Source of the DNA: a virus
IMG/VR virus record: IMGVR_UViG_3300045988_059940
Coordinates: 38,650-102,649 of that record
DNA: 64,000 nt
Direction: 5' to 3' (one strand)
The position numbers and the translations under genes are program-made. The notes beneath the pieces were generated by a model. The model ran no database searches. It saw only the letters and a list, made by a program, of their open reading frames with translations, and had not been told where the DNA came from. Of this stretch, positions 23,473 through 32,060 are shown one piece after another. Position 1 is the stretch's first letter; every line of letters begins with the position of its first letter.

Positions 23473-23861
23473 TTCTGAATAGCGATGATTCCGAATCTAG
23501 AAATAAGAACTGAATCTTTCAACCAATCGAACGTTTGAGCTAAGCCTGGCTTAAATACAATTACATTTCCAACTTGTATATCTTCTCTGCGATTTGTATC
23601 AGCTTTGTAAGTCATAGGAACTTTAATTACTACGCCTTTTGCGTAATCTGAATCAACCTCCTTAACCTCAGTCTCAACCTTATCGTAATCAATTACGTCG
23701 CCGTCTTTCTGTTTCTTTGACGGAATTGGTTTACTAAATTCTTTCTTTACTTTAATTGGGTCTAGCTTTTTTACTAGAAACAAATCGGTAAATTCGTAAT
23801 CAATCTTAGCAGCAATATCTTCTGCTAACTTTGTTTGGTCTATAATCTTTTTGTCTTCCAT
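23469..23861 (-). CDS. GroES / gp31-like co-chaperonin candidate (130 aa)
   Basis: The C-terminal part ...VGNVIVFKPGLAQTF..DSVLISRFGIIAIQK resembles GroES ...[36 protein letters not shown]. Confidence 0.4.
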   Translation of the reverse strand: MEDKKIIDQTKLAEDIAAKIDYEFTDLFLVKKLDPIKVKKEFSKPIPSKKQKDGDVIDYDKVETEVKEVDSDYAKGVVIKVPMTYKADTNRREDIQVGNVIVFKPGLAQTFDWLKDSVLISRFGIIAIQK

Positions 23862-24271
23862 TACTTCTTCAAAGATTTAAGATACATCAAAAGGTCGATG
23901 TTACTTTCGATAACGTTTGAATGTTCTTTTTGTAACCAACTCGGTTTGTCTTCGTTGGCATTAACAAACTTCTTAGCCTCTTCTTGGAACTCTTCAAGTA
24001 GGTTGTCAATTTCATCAAAGACATTTACGAATGATGAAGATTTCTTTTCTTTCTCTTCTTCAACGTAGGCAAATGTACCAAGCTCAACAAGCTCTTTTGC
24101 TTTACTTGCGCCAATCTTGAAAACGAAATCGAATGTAGATTGTAACCCTGTCTCTGAATTTACACCCTTGTGTACTTCAAGTAAATACATCTTACCGTCA
24201 TCTGATAACGTAAGCGTATCTCCAACTTCAAGTCCGTAGAACGGAGAAATTACTTTAATTTTCTTTGTCAT
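23861..24271 (-). CDS. Hypothetical protein (about 136 aa)
   Basis: Track ORF 23861..24319 begins at GTG. The in-frame ATG at 24271 (MTKKIKVISPF...) is preferred as the start. Confidence 0.55.
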   Translation of the reverse strand: MTKKIKVISPFYGLEVGDTLTLSDDGKMYLLEVHKGVNSETGLQSTFDFVFKIGASKAKELVELGTFAYVEEEKEKKSSSFVNVFDEIDNLLEEFQEEAKKFVNANEDKPSWLQKEHSNVIESNIDLLMYLKSLKK

Positions 24272-24382
24272 GCTTTTTATTTTTGCAAATTTGACCCCAT
24301 AACGTAAATTTTCATACACTTGGTTGCAAAATGAAAAATATTTTGTTAAATATGCAACTTTTTCAAGTTTTTTACGTTATAA

Positions 24383-24418
24383 GGGAGAGAAGGGGGGATT
24401 ATAGGGGGGTTAAGAGGG
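24383..24418 (+). promoter_or_regulatory. Canonical G-quadruplex motif at the divergent strand-switch region
   Basis: GGG-AGAGAA-GGGGGG-ATTATA-GGGGGG-TTAAGA-GGG gives four G-runs separated by 6-nt loops, in an otherwise AT-rich spacer. Confidence 0.5.
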
Positions 24419-24427
24419 ATTAGAGGA

Positions 24428-24534
24428 GTATATATAGATTATATAGATATATACTATATAGAACATATAAACAGTATTATTCATAATACTATATAACATA
24501 TACTATCATAAGACATATAAACTATACTATTTGT
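24428..24534. repeat. AT-rich repeat tract (iteron-like)
   Basis: ACTATATAGAACATATAAAC (24453-24472) and ACTATCATAAGACATATAAAC (24502-24522) are about 50 bp apart. Several TATATAGAT / ACTATATA units also occur. Confidence 0.45.
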
Positions 24535-24939
24535 ATGAATAATAAATCTATAATAGATACTTATCGTACTATCTATGATATAGACTTAGTAATAGCTAAT
24601 CAATATACTACATTAGAGAAGTTAAGAAGATTATACAAGTATGAAGATAATAGTAATCTTGTTGAAGATACTATGATTGGATTAGCTACTACTTCTCTTG
24701 TTGTAAATAAGAAAACTAATCGTAAGTCTGTTTTAGTTAAAATAAATAAACTAAAAATACCGAAATATACAGATAAAAAGTTGGAGTTAGTAAACATAGC
24801 TGCACATGAAGAAATGCATGTACTATGTGATATATACAGCCGTGTAGGTGCAGAAGTAGTTTTTAATAATCAAGAACCGTCGGCTTATTTCTTAGGGTGG
24901 ATTACTCAAAATATTTATAAAACCATGATTTCCAAATGA
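24535..24939 (+). CDS. Putative Zn-metallopeptidase (HExxH)
   Basis: Contains the motif AAHEEMHVL. This is the first plus-strand gene after the strand switch. Confidence 0.45.
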   Translation: MNNKSIIDTYRTIYDIDLVIANQYTTLEKLRRLYKYEDNSNLVEDTMIGLATTSLVVNKKTNRKSVLVKINKLKIPKYTDKKLELVNIAAHEEMHVLCDIYSRVGAEVVFNNQEPSAYFLGWITQNIYKTMISK

Positions 24940-25406
24940 ATGACATAGAATTAAATGCAATATTATACTACGCTGATTTTCTATCTTTGAAGACTTTAAA
25001 TAAGCCAATTACTCATACGTGCAAGTACTTTTTTATCCACGGTACGCCATTAAATGCTACGTATATTGCTACTGGTACACTACAATATGAAGAAGATAAT
25101 CCATTCTTCTTACAGGCTAGAAAAGAATACGAAACAATTAAAGATAAGTTTGGTTTAGAGGGTGTAGAAAGCTTCTTAGAAGATATATCTTATCTACGTG
25201 CAAGAGGAGCTGTTGATGCTAAACAGATGCTTAGATGTATACATCAATACAGCACTAGGATAGAAAGAAAGTAGGCCTTTACTAGCTATTACAAGTGGTT
25301 AGATGAACAGAAATATACACACATTGTACTCGACGATGATGGAAAAGAAGTAGAAAAAGAATGCTCAAAATACGTGCTACACTTTGAAGCAGGCTGCAAC
25401 AGATGA
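24936..25406 (+). CDS. Hypothetical protein, probably read through TAG 25272-25274
   Basis: Its start overlaps the upstream stop (ATGA). After the TAG the frame continues for 43 protein-like codons (AFTSYYKWLDEQKYTHIVLDDDGKEVEKE...) to TGA 25404-25406. The N-terminal ILYYADFLSL... is weakly reminiscent of DUF4065/Panacea domains. Confidence 0.45.
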
Positions 25407-25490
25407 TAAGTTTAAGCAAGCTCTTGAACTAATACAAAAAGAGCAGAAATATAGACTAAAACATGGATTGTACAATAAAGACAGTGAACA

Positions 25491-25883
25491 ATGGGAAAGA
25501 TAAATAAATACGCAAATCTATACGACAAACAAGGTAATTTACTACGTAAAACAGAAAAAGATGGATTGAAAGATTATACAATAAAAGAACTTTCAGACTT
25601 AGTAGATAAGCTTGGTACAGAGAAAGATGAGAACGGTAATCTTAAAGATTATGAAGGTTATAAGGATGCACAAGCTGTACTAACTAGAATGTTAATGGAC
25701 CCCAAATATGCAGCTGAAAGAGAAGCGATGCTTAAAGAAATAACATCTAGAATTAAAGCCAATAAAGAAGAGAAAGATAAGGCCTTACAAGACCTAGATG
25801 AAGAATTAACTAAGAAAGAAATTGAAGAAAAAGACGGCATCCCGTATACCGAATTTGAGGAGGTAAGTAATGGAAAAGTTTGA
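25491..25883 (+). CDS. Hypothetical K/E-rich protein (130 aa)
   Basis: Track ORF with an ATG start. Confidence 0.6.
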   Translation: MGKINKYANLYDKQGNLLRKTEKDGLKDYTIKELSDLVDKLGTEKDENGNLKDYEGYKDAQAVLTRMLMDPKYAAEREAMLKEITSRIKANKEEKDKALQDLDEELTKKEIEEKDGIPYTEFEEVSNGKV

Positions 25884-26439
25884 CAAAATCAAAGTATTTT
25901 TTACATCTGATTTACACTTTAACCACAAAAATATAATTACATTTTGCGGTAGACCATATACCAACGTAGAGGAAATGAATGCTGCTTTAATTAGCAATTG
26001 GAATACAGTTGTACCAGAAGATGGTGTAGTATTTGTATTAGGAGATATAGGGTTTTGTTCAGTTACGGTTTTAAAAGAGTTGTTCAACAAGATGAACGGA
26101 ACTAAGTATCTTATTCTCGGCAACCATGATTATTCTATGCAAACACAACTTGAAAAAGCTGGAATATTTAAAGAAATATATAATCTCAAACAGATTAAGG
26201 TTGATACACAAAATATAGTTCTTTGCCACTATCCAATGTTATGTTTTAATGGAGACCATTATGGTGCATGGCAGTTATTTGGGCACATACACAGTGGTCC
26301 AGGGATAATAACAAATGATACCATAAAAGCACAAACATTGCGTCCAACACAATATGATGTAGGTGTAGATAATAATAACTATACACCAATTAGTTTTGAG
26401 CAATTACAAACAATAATAACCAATAAAAGTAGAGTATGA
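25870..26439 (+). CDS. Calcineurin-like metallophosphoesterase
   Basis: Motifs SDLHFNH, GDIGF, GNHD and GHIH are present. Confidence 0.8.
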   Translation: MEKFDKIKVFFTSDLHFNHKNIITFCGRPYTNVEEMNAALISNWNTVVPEDGVVFVLGDIGFCSVTVLKELFNKMNGTKYLILGNHDYSMQTQLEKAGIFKEIYNLKQIKVDTQNIVLCHYPMLCFNGDHYGAWQLFGHIHSGPGIITNDTIKAQTLRPTQYDVGVDNNNYTPISFEQLQTIITNKSRV

Positions 26440-27236
26440 ATTTAGTACATAGTTCAGTAAAAATTATACAACAAAAGCCTGGTTTACAAGGTGTGTACGA
26501 ACAGATAGAAAAGGCTGGTAGGTTAGCGTATAAATCAGAAGATAATATCACATACGACATATATGGAAATAGTACCAGTGCTGAGAAGTTTGTAGAAAAA
26601 CTAATACAGTTAGGCCATATGTCACCACTAGAACACGGTACAGTCTATCTACATTTACCAAAAGGTGTTGGTGCAGATTCATACCAATTAAGTCCATTTT
26701 GTACATGCTATATTTCAGAAGATAGTGGATGGTACATTACTACAAACTACCGCTTTATGTATGAAGCAGAATTATTGCAAGACTTAAAGTACATATGTGA
26801 ACCAACAGATAGTCATGAACGTAGAATTACAGCTGATTTCATATGTGATAGAGGTATATCACACGAATTTGTAAGACACAGAGTATTCTCATTCTTAATG
26901 GAAAGCTAGCGTTATTGTAACTATACAAAAAGTAAATTTAACAATATTATCACATTTGTAATGCCCTATTGGTATACAGAAGAAACACCAAAAGAAGCTA
27001 GATTACTCTTTGATAAACAACTACTAGATGCCGAAAAGGCATATCTTACAATGATAAACGACTATAAGTTGAAACCAGAAGAGGCTCGTGTAATCCTCCC
27101 AAATGCTACAAAAACAGAGCTACTAATGACTGGTACAGAGTCTCAATGGTATGAGTTTTTTAGACTAAGGTGTGCTAAATCAGCTCATCCAGATGCCCAA
27201 AAATTAGCTAATAAATTAAAGGAGATTATATTATGA
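26436..27236 (+). CDS. thyX: FAD-dependent thymidylate synthase ThyX, with one in-frame TAG
   Basis: Track ORFs 26436..26909 and 26961..27236 share one frame. TAG 26907-26909 sits inside the ThyX signature: RHRVFSFLMES-(TAG)-RY. Confidence 0.85.
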
Positions 27237-27496
27237 TTAAATCTATTATAAATAAAATTACACCAAAGTGGACGAAAGAAAGTAACCGCCCAAAGCACGT
27301 ATATGCTGGTATTTTAACAGCCACATTCGGTACAATACTGTGTACATTTGGCGCTGCATTAGCTGCTGAATATAAAGATAAACAGTATGGGAATAAGTTT
27401 GATTGGCTAGATTGGGCTGCTACAATGATTGGAGGAGTCATAGGTCAAGCGTTCCAAATTGGAACAATAGCTCTAATAAGTTCAATTGTACGATAA
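27233..27496 (+). CDS. Small membrane protein (87 aa)
   Basis: Two hydrophobic segments, with ATGA overlap to thyX. Confidence 0.55.
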   Translation: MIKSIINKITPKWTKESNRPKHVYAGILTATFGTILCTFGAALAAEYKDKQYGNKFDWLDWAATMIGGVIGQAFQIGTIALISSIVR

Positions 27497-27741
27497 TGAA
27501 AGCAGGAGAGATAATTAAATCCATCCTAGTATCTACTAAGGGGAGCATAAGCAGTAAACGTGTATGTGGGGTATTAGGATGGTTTATCTGCGTAGGAGTA
27601 ATGGTATATTGTACAATCGTAGATAAACAAGCACCTATTGTAGTAGACAGTGTACTATTAGGTTCAGCAGCAATGTTGGGTGTAGATAGTATTACAGGTA
27701 TATGGTCTAATAAAGATAAAAAAGATGATGGAAAAGCATGA
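27496..27741 (+). CDS. Small membrane protein (81 aa)
   Basis: Its ATG overlaps the upstream TAA (TAATG). The protein reads MKAGEIIKSILVST...GWFICVGVMVYCTIV. Confidence 0.5.
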   Translation: MKAGEIIKSILVSTKGSISSKRVCGVLGWFICVGVMVYCTIVDKQAPIVVDSVLLGSAAMLGVDSITGIWSNKDKKDDGKA

Positions 27742-27931
27742 TAACTGGGCAGGAGTAACTCATAGAAGTAAGATAGATGGTAAGTTCTATACAACAGTAT
27801 TTCATAATAACAGTGTAGCTGGAATGATTCCACATGAAGTGTATGAACGTATAGCTGACACATTCGATAAGTGTGATTATCCAACTATAATGCAAATACT
27901 AGACCAAAATAAAGTAGATTTCTGGCCATGA
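27725..27931 (+). CDS. Hypothetical protein (68 aa)
   Basis: Track ORF. Confidence 0.45.
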   Translation: MMEKHDNWAGVTHRSKIDGKFYTTVFHNNSVAGMIPHEVYERIADTFDKCDYPTIMQILDQNKVDFWP

Positions 27932-28374
27932 TTGATATTGATGACATACAAAAGACACGTGAATACTACAAATTATATGTAGCAACAAGACTGCTTGATA
28001 AAAATCCAAGTAATATCGCATCAAGAATAATTCCAAAGAAACCAAATCCGTCGATTAGAGAAGTTTATTATGATTTAGTGTGGAAAACATTTTTTGGAAA
28101 AGAATAGGTTACAAAACAAGAGATGGAAAACTTATTGTCAATACAATGGGAAACACGTAAATACATTGAAGAAAGAGATATGTTAATAAACGCTATGCAA
28201 TTCTATTGTAAAGACCCATGTAATATGACTAATACAGAATTTATAAAATTTATAAGTCCATATGAAACAGACGATACAAGCAAAGAAATCAAGAAAGCAG
28301 CGAAACAGCTCTCGGACTGGTACAAAGAAGAAGTATACACAAAAGAATACCAAAAGAATCGTGGACAAAGATGA
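27928..28374 (+). CDS. Paralog family member 1 (148 codons, 1 in-frame TAG at 28105)
   Basis: ATG 27928 is in frame with track ORF 28123..28374. It shares the C-terminal motif LINAMQFYCKDPCNMTNTEFIKFISPYETDDTSKEIKKAAKQLSDWYK. Confidence 0.6.
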
Positions 28375-28467
28375 TAATTTTGTATATATGGGTAATGGAT
28401 TGTTGGCACAAATATATGCCATGAAGCCTGTTATAGTTAAAAGTAAAGACGGAGAGGAGATTAGAAT

Positions 28468-28914
28468 ATGGGTGTAAAACCATCAGCAAGTTTAGAGGAT
28501 ATTCGACAAGCAGCGGGTCTATATCAACAATATGTCGAGCAAATGAAACAAATAGATATGCGTCCAAAGAACATAGCACTTAGTGTAATACCAACAAGGC
28601 CAAGTGTAAAGAAAAGGAAAGAGCTATTTAAATTGCAGAAAAAGCTATTTAAAGGTCAAGAATTGACACAAGAAGAGCATTGTAAATTTACAGTATACAC
28701 TGATGAATTACAAACTTATGCTAGACAAAAAGCTGCACTAATTAATTCAATGGAGTTTTACTGTAATGACCCATATCACATGACTGAGGCGGAGTACTTA
28801 CGATTTATAGGTCCATATACAACAGATGGAACATCAAAAGAAATTAAGAGTGAAGCAAGACGTCTTTCCAAGTGGTATAAAAAGATAATGACACCACCAA
28901 ATATGAAAAAATAA
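28468..28914 (+). CDS. Paralog family member 2 (148 aa)
   Basis: Contains LINSMEFYCNDPYHMTEAEYLRFIGPYTTDGTSKEIKSEARRLSKWYK. Confidence 0.65.
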   Translation: MGVKPSASLEDIRQAAGLYQQYVEQMKQIDMRPKNIALSVIPTRPSVKKRKELFKLQKKLFKGQELTQEEHCKFTVYTDELQTYARQKAALINSMEFYCNDPYHMTEAEYLRFIGPYTTDGTSKEIKSEARRLSKWYKKIMTPPNMKK

Positions 28915-28924
28915 AAGTTGCGAT

Positions 28925-29356
28925 ATGGATACGAAGTCACAAATTGGTTTATAGGATGAATTACGTGCATTTGGTCTATGTGATGGTTATATAGAGCAAC
29001 AAAATAAATACAACTTACCAATAATTCCAAAAAGACCAAGTAAAGAGTTAGAAAAAGAATGTATAAAGTTGCTAGAAAAATCATATGAAAAAGATGGTCT
29101 TTCACAACAAGAACACAATAGACTAATTGTATGTATGGCTAAGTGGCAATCCTATCAAACACAAAAAAGAACATTAATTCATGCGTTGGAGTATTTTTGC
29201 AAAGACCCACATCATATAACAGCAGAAGAATATTTGTGGTGTATTAGAATAACAGAAGATAATATAACAATGTCTAAATTACAAGAATATGCAGACCAAC
29301 TATCTTCTTGGTATACAGAAGTTACGACACCATTAGCACAAAGATTAAGCAATTAA
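28925..29356 (+). CDS. Paralog family member 3 (143 codons, 1 in-frame TAG at 28952)
   Basis: ATG 28925 is in frame with track ORF 29069..29356. It contains LIHALEYFCKDPHHITAEEYLWCIRITEDNITMSKLQEYADQLSSWYT. Confidence 0.6.
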
Positions 29357-29366
29357 AAACAAGATA

Positions 29367-29645
29367 ATGCCAACTATCAGTAAAATGCCGTTTTAGAGAT
29401 TTGTCATTAAAACAAATACATTATAGGTACAATATATAATATTCTATCGAGATGAAACATGTTTGATATATGGAGATATTGTAAATGACATTAAAATCCC
29501 AAAAGAACATTATGACCAAATGTTACAGTTCGTTCGTCGTAGATGGGGCGAAGACTATACTCCAAATGTAAGAAGATATACAATGGACGACGCATTAAAA
29601 AAGATGCGAGAAATGTCCAATAGATTTGTGATAGTCCCTGGTTGA
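29367..29645 (+). CDS. Hypothetical protein (92 codons, 2 in-frame TAG)
   Basis: ATG 29367 is in frame with track ORF 29463..29645, and the frame passes through two TAG codons. Confidence 0.4.
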
Positions 29646-29685
29646 TTAAGTTCAACTGGGGATTTTTATTTTTAAAATTTTTTAT

Positions 29686-29833
29686 TTTAAAATTGTTTTG
29701 TGAATGTAAAAATAAGTAATAAAATTTTACTATAAATGTGAAAACGAAGAATATTTTATAAAATTGTTACGTGTACAAAAACAAGGAATAAATTTTTGTT
29801 ATGTGTATAAAAATCAGAAATAGCAATAAATCT
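29686..29833 (+). repeat. Three to four tandem imperfect repeats of about 35-40 bp (promoter/operator-like)
   Basis: AAATTGTTTTGTGAATGTAAAAATAAGTAATAAAATTTT, AAATTGTTACGTGTACAAAAACAAGGAATAAATTTTT and GTTATGTGTATAAAAATCAGAAATAGCAATAAATCT. Confidence 0.5.
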
Positions 29834-29952
29834 GACCCCTGTATCGACTATCGGATGGAAACACCCCCACATGTTCCAACCCACACACATTATTATATGT
29901 GGCGTGCGTATTGTGGGTATAACTTACATTACACTAACAAAACTTACACAAC

Positions 29953-30498
29953 ATGGCACAACTTATCTCAATTATCCAGGACGAAGCCACATACAAGGCT
30001 TCAAACACATCAATTGTTACCTGTGTTTTCAGTCCTACGACTGAAAAAACTGGAACACTGGCTACTATGTTAGCAAAAGGGGCTTTCGGCTCTGCTAACT
30101 CCTACACTCTTTCGTTTGATTTGTCGCGCATCTTCCCCGAAATGGTCGGGGAGAATGGAAAGTTTAAGCGCATGGCCGCTTACAAAGAATTTCTAGGCAT
30201 TATGCCTATTGGCATTAATATCCCAGAAGTACAATGTTTTGACATTCCCGTGTCTGAAATTAGCGAATACGAGGGTGTACAATTTGAAAGAGATGGCGAA
30301 ACACGCACCATCAAAACCTATCATCTTGCCGTTATGGGCGATAGGGATGCAGCCGTACAGCTTGCAAAGTCGGGTTTACAGAACGGTATTACAAAGGGTC
30401 GCTTAACTCCAATTGATGGAAGTGAAACTACTGTGAAAAATGGTAACATTTCACAAACCGCACCCGTTGACAACGAAGACGAGGAAGACGAGGAATAA
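29953..30498 (+). CDS. Hypothetical protein with an acidic C-terminal tail (181 aa)
   Basis: Track ORF ending ...DNEDEEDEE. It is followed by a strong terminator and preceded by a repeat array and a CA-rich leader. Confidence 0.6.
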   Translation: MAQLISIIQDEATYKASNTSIVTCVFSPTTEKTGTLATMLAKGAFGSANSYTLSFDLSRIFPEMVGENGKFKRMAAYKEFLGIMPIGINIPEVQCFDIPVSEISEYEGVQFERDGETRTIKTYHLAVMGDRDAAVQLAKSGLQNGITKGRLTPIDGSETTVKNGNISQTAPVDNEDEEDEE

Positions 30499-30526
30499 GC
30501 CGTATTTAATATATGGCTAAACAACA

Positions 30527-30558
30527 AAACAGACCGCTGAAAGGCGGTTTGTTTTTTG
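30527..30558 (+). terminator. Rho-independent terminator
   Basis: AAACAGACCGC-TGAAAG-GCGGTTTGTTT followed by a T-run. Confidence 0.75.
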
Positions 30559-30920
30559 GAGCATTTAAACATGCTCTCATAAATAGAAACTTTCCAAGTA
30601 ATTGGTTATAATACTCGGTACAGGGAGGATTATATAAAAGTACGCAGAAGCCTAAGGGAAACTATGGTGAGTGGTCTGTACAACACTAGACATCTTTTAC
30701 AAAACATCGTATTCGTAAAAGAGAGCCTGAAAAGGTATCCTGGTACATCCTGGTTTAATATTAACATTAAAGCAGTAGATAGTATTCCGAGAAGAGACAG
30801 GATTTAAACGGCGGATGAGTTTTCTAGTGGCGTGTGAACTCACACATACAACAAAGAGGAACTCTGCACATAAAAGCAGACATATACCTGTGAATAGTTC
30901 TTAGTAAGAATTGTGTAAAG
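30559..30920 (+). ncRNA. ORF-free structured intergenic region (candidate ncRNA or long UTR)
   Basis: About 360 nt with no credible ORF. It looks G+C-richer than the flanking genes and has several short helices. Confidence 0.3.
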
Positions 30921-30941
30921 TTGGGGTATTTTAATATTTCT

Positions 30942-31322
30942 ATGAAAAATTCAGTAGAAATAGTATCCTTCAATTGTAAATACTGGTTAGAGCGTTATAT
31001 CAAACGCACATATACAGAGATTTACAAACAAATTAACGATAAATATGGCGATAACGCCGTACGTTGGGCAGAAGTTACAATCTATAATAACTATGTTTAT
31101 CTTATCGTTAGTTTTACATCAGAAGCCGAATATAAGTTTGGTAACGAAGGTATTCAAGATTTATTTGGTAAAGCCATTAGAGGTGAATATAGAAAGACTT
31201 TTAATAAAGACACTCTGTACTTTACTAACGCATTAGGGATGATGTGTTATGTATTCTACGGCGCTTCTATGGAAAAAATTATCAAATCTTGTGATGCCGA
31301 TGGTAATTATCATCTGATGTAA
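30942..31322 (+). CDS. Hypothetical protein (126 aa)
   Basis: Track ORF 30921..31322 starts at TTG. The in-frame ATG at 30942 is preferred. Confidence 0.55.
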   Translation: MKNSVEIVSFNCKYWLERYIKRTYTEIYKQINDKYGDNAVRWAEVTIYNNYVYLIVSFTSEAEYKFGNEGIQDLFGKAIRGEYRKTFNKDTLYFTNALGMMCYVFYGASMEKIIKSCDADGNYHLM

Positions 31323-31709
31323 GGGATTTTGCATCTCCTCAGTAAGGAGAATGTAATCTGAGGTAGCGTAACACCTTGGGAACACCAAGTTACGCAGTAG
31401 GCAGGCTTATCTGCATTGAACATTTACAGCAGTGGTTCGCTTAGCGTTTGGGCACACAACAAAGGTTGCCACACTGCTGCTCTTTTAAACATAGTTAATG
31501 TATGAGTAACGCCACTTAGGTCTGACCCTCTGAATTAACTATCATTAACCGTACTTTAATCTTGCATCTTTTCAATGCCGATAATTATGTACGGTTCTAC
31601 CTCGTTCGGATTGACGAGTATAAATAATCAACGCGTGGCTTTTGAGAGTGTTTCACACGGAAAACTGAAACCTAATTATATTTAACGATAAAACTTAAAA
31701 CCGTTATAT
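31323..31709 (+). ncRNA. ORF-free structured intergenic region (candidate ncRNA)
   Basis: Long helices are present, for example GCGTAAC-A-CCTTGG/CCAAG-TTACGC, CAGCAGTG...CACTGCTG (8 bp), CTCCT..AGGAG and CCTCAG..CTGAGG. Confidence 0.35.
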
Positions 31710-32060
31710 ATGAAAAGATTTATCAAAAGTCTCATATTGCTCCTCATTGGGGCAGTACTTGGCATCATTACACACATAGTAGTGATGTCGTCATGGGGTT
31801 ATAAAATGCTTACCCCATTAGAAATGGCGAACTTTAACACTCTTCCTTATAAAGTAGAGGCGTTGAAAGCCTACAATGCCTACTATAACGCAGTAGAAAA
31901 TCTGCTAGACTCCACAAATCTAGCCGAAGATGATACTATGTTAGAAACCGACGCGGGTTCAAACTATTTGAACAAAAAATGGCGCGTTGATTCTCTAACC
32001 AATCTTGAAAAAGATGAGCTAGCTCCTTATAAACCTATAAAACAGTGTTTCAATGAATAA
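31710..32060 (+). CDS. Membrane-anchored hypothetical protein (116 aa)
   Basis: Track ORF with an N-terminal hydrophobic helix. Confidence 0.6.
   Translation: MKRFIKSLILLLIGAVLGIITHIVVMSSWGYKMLTPLEMANFNTLPYKVEALKAYNAYYNAVENLLDSTNLAEDDTMLETDAGSNYLNKKWRVDSLTNLEKDELAPYKPIKQCFNE

Noticed and set aside
28262-28579. Track ORFs 28262..28477 (+), 28183..28422 (-), 28203..28409 (-) and 28289..28579 (-)
   Set aside because: These are out-of-frame or antisense overlaps of the paralog genes, whose own frames are supported by family conservation.
29953-30498. Calling the acidic-tail protein an SSB
   Set aside because: An acidic tail alone is insufficient. The better SSB candidate is 55768..56328, which has the canonical ...D-L-P-F tip and sits in the replication module.
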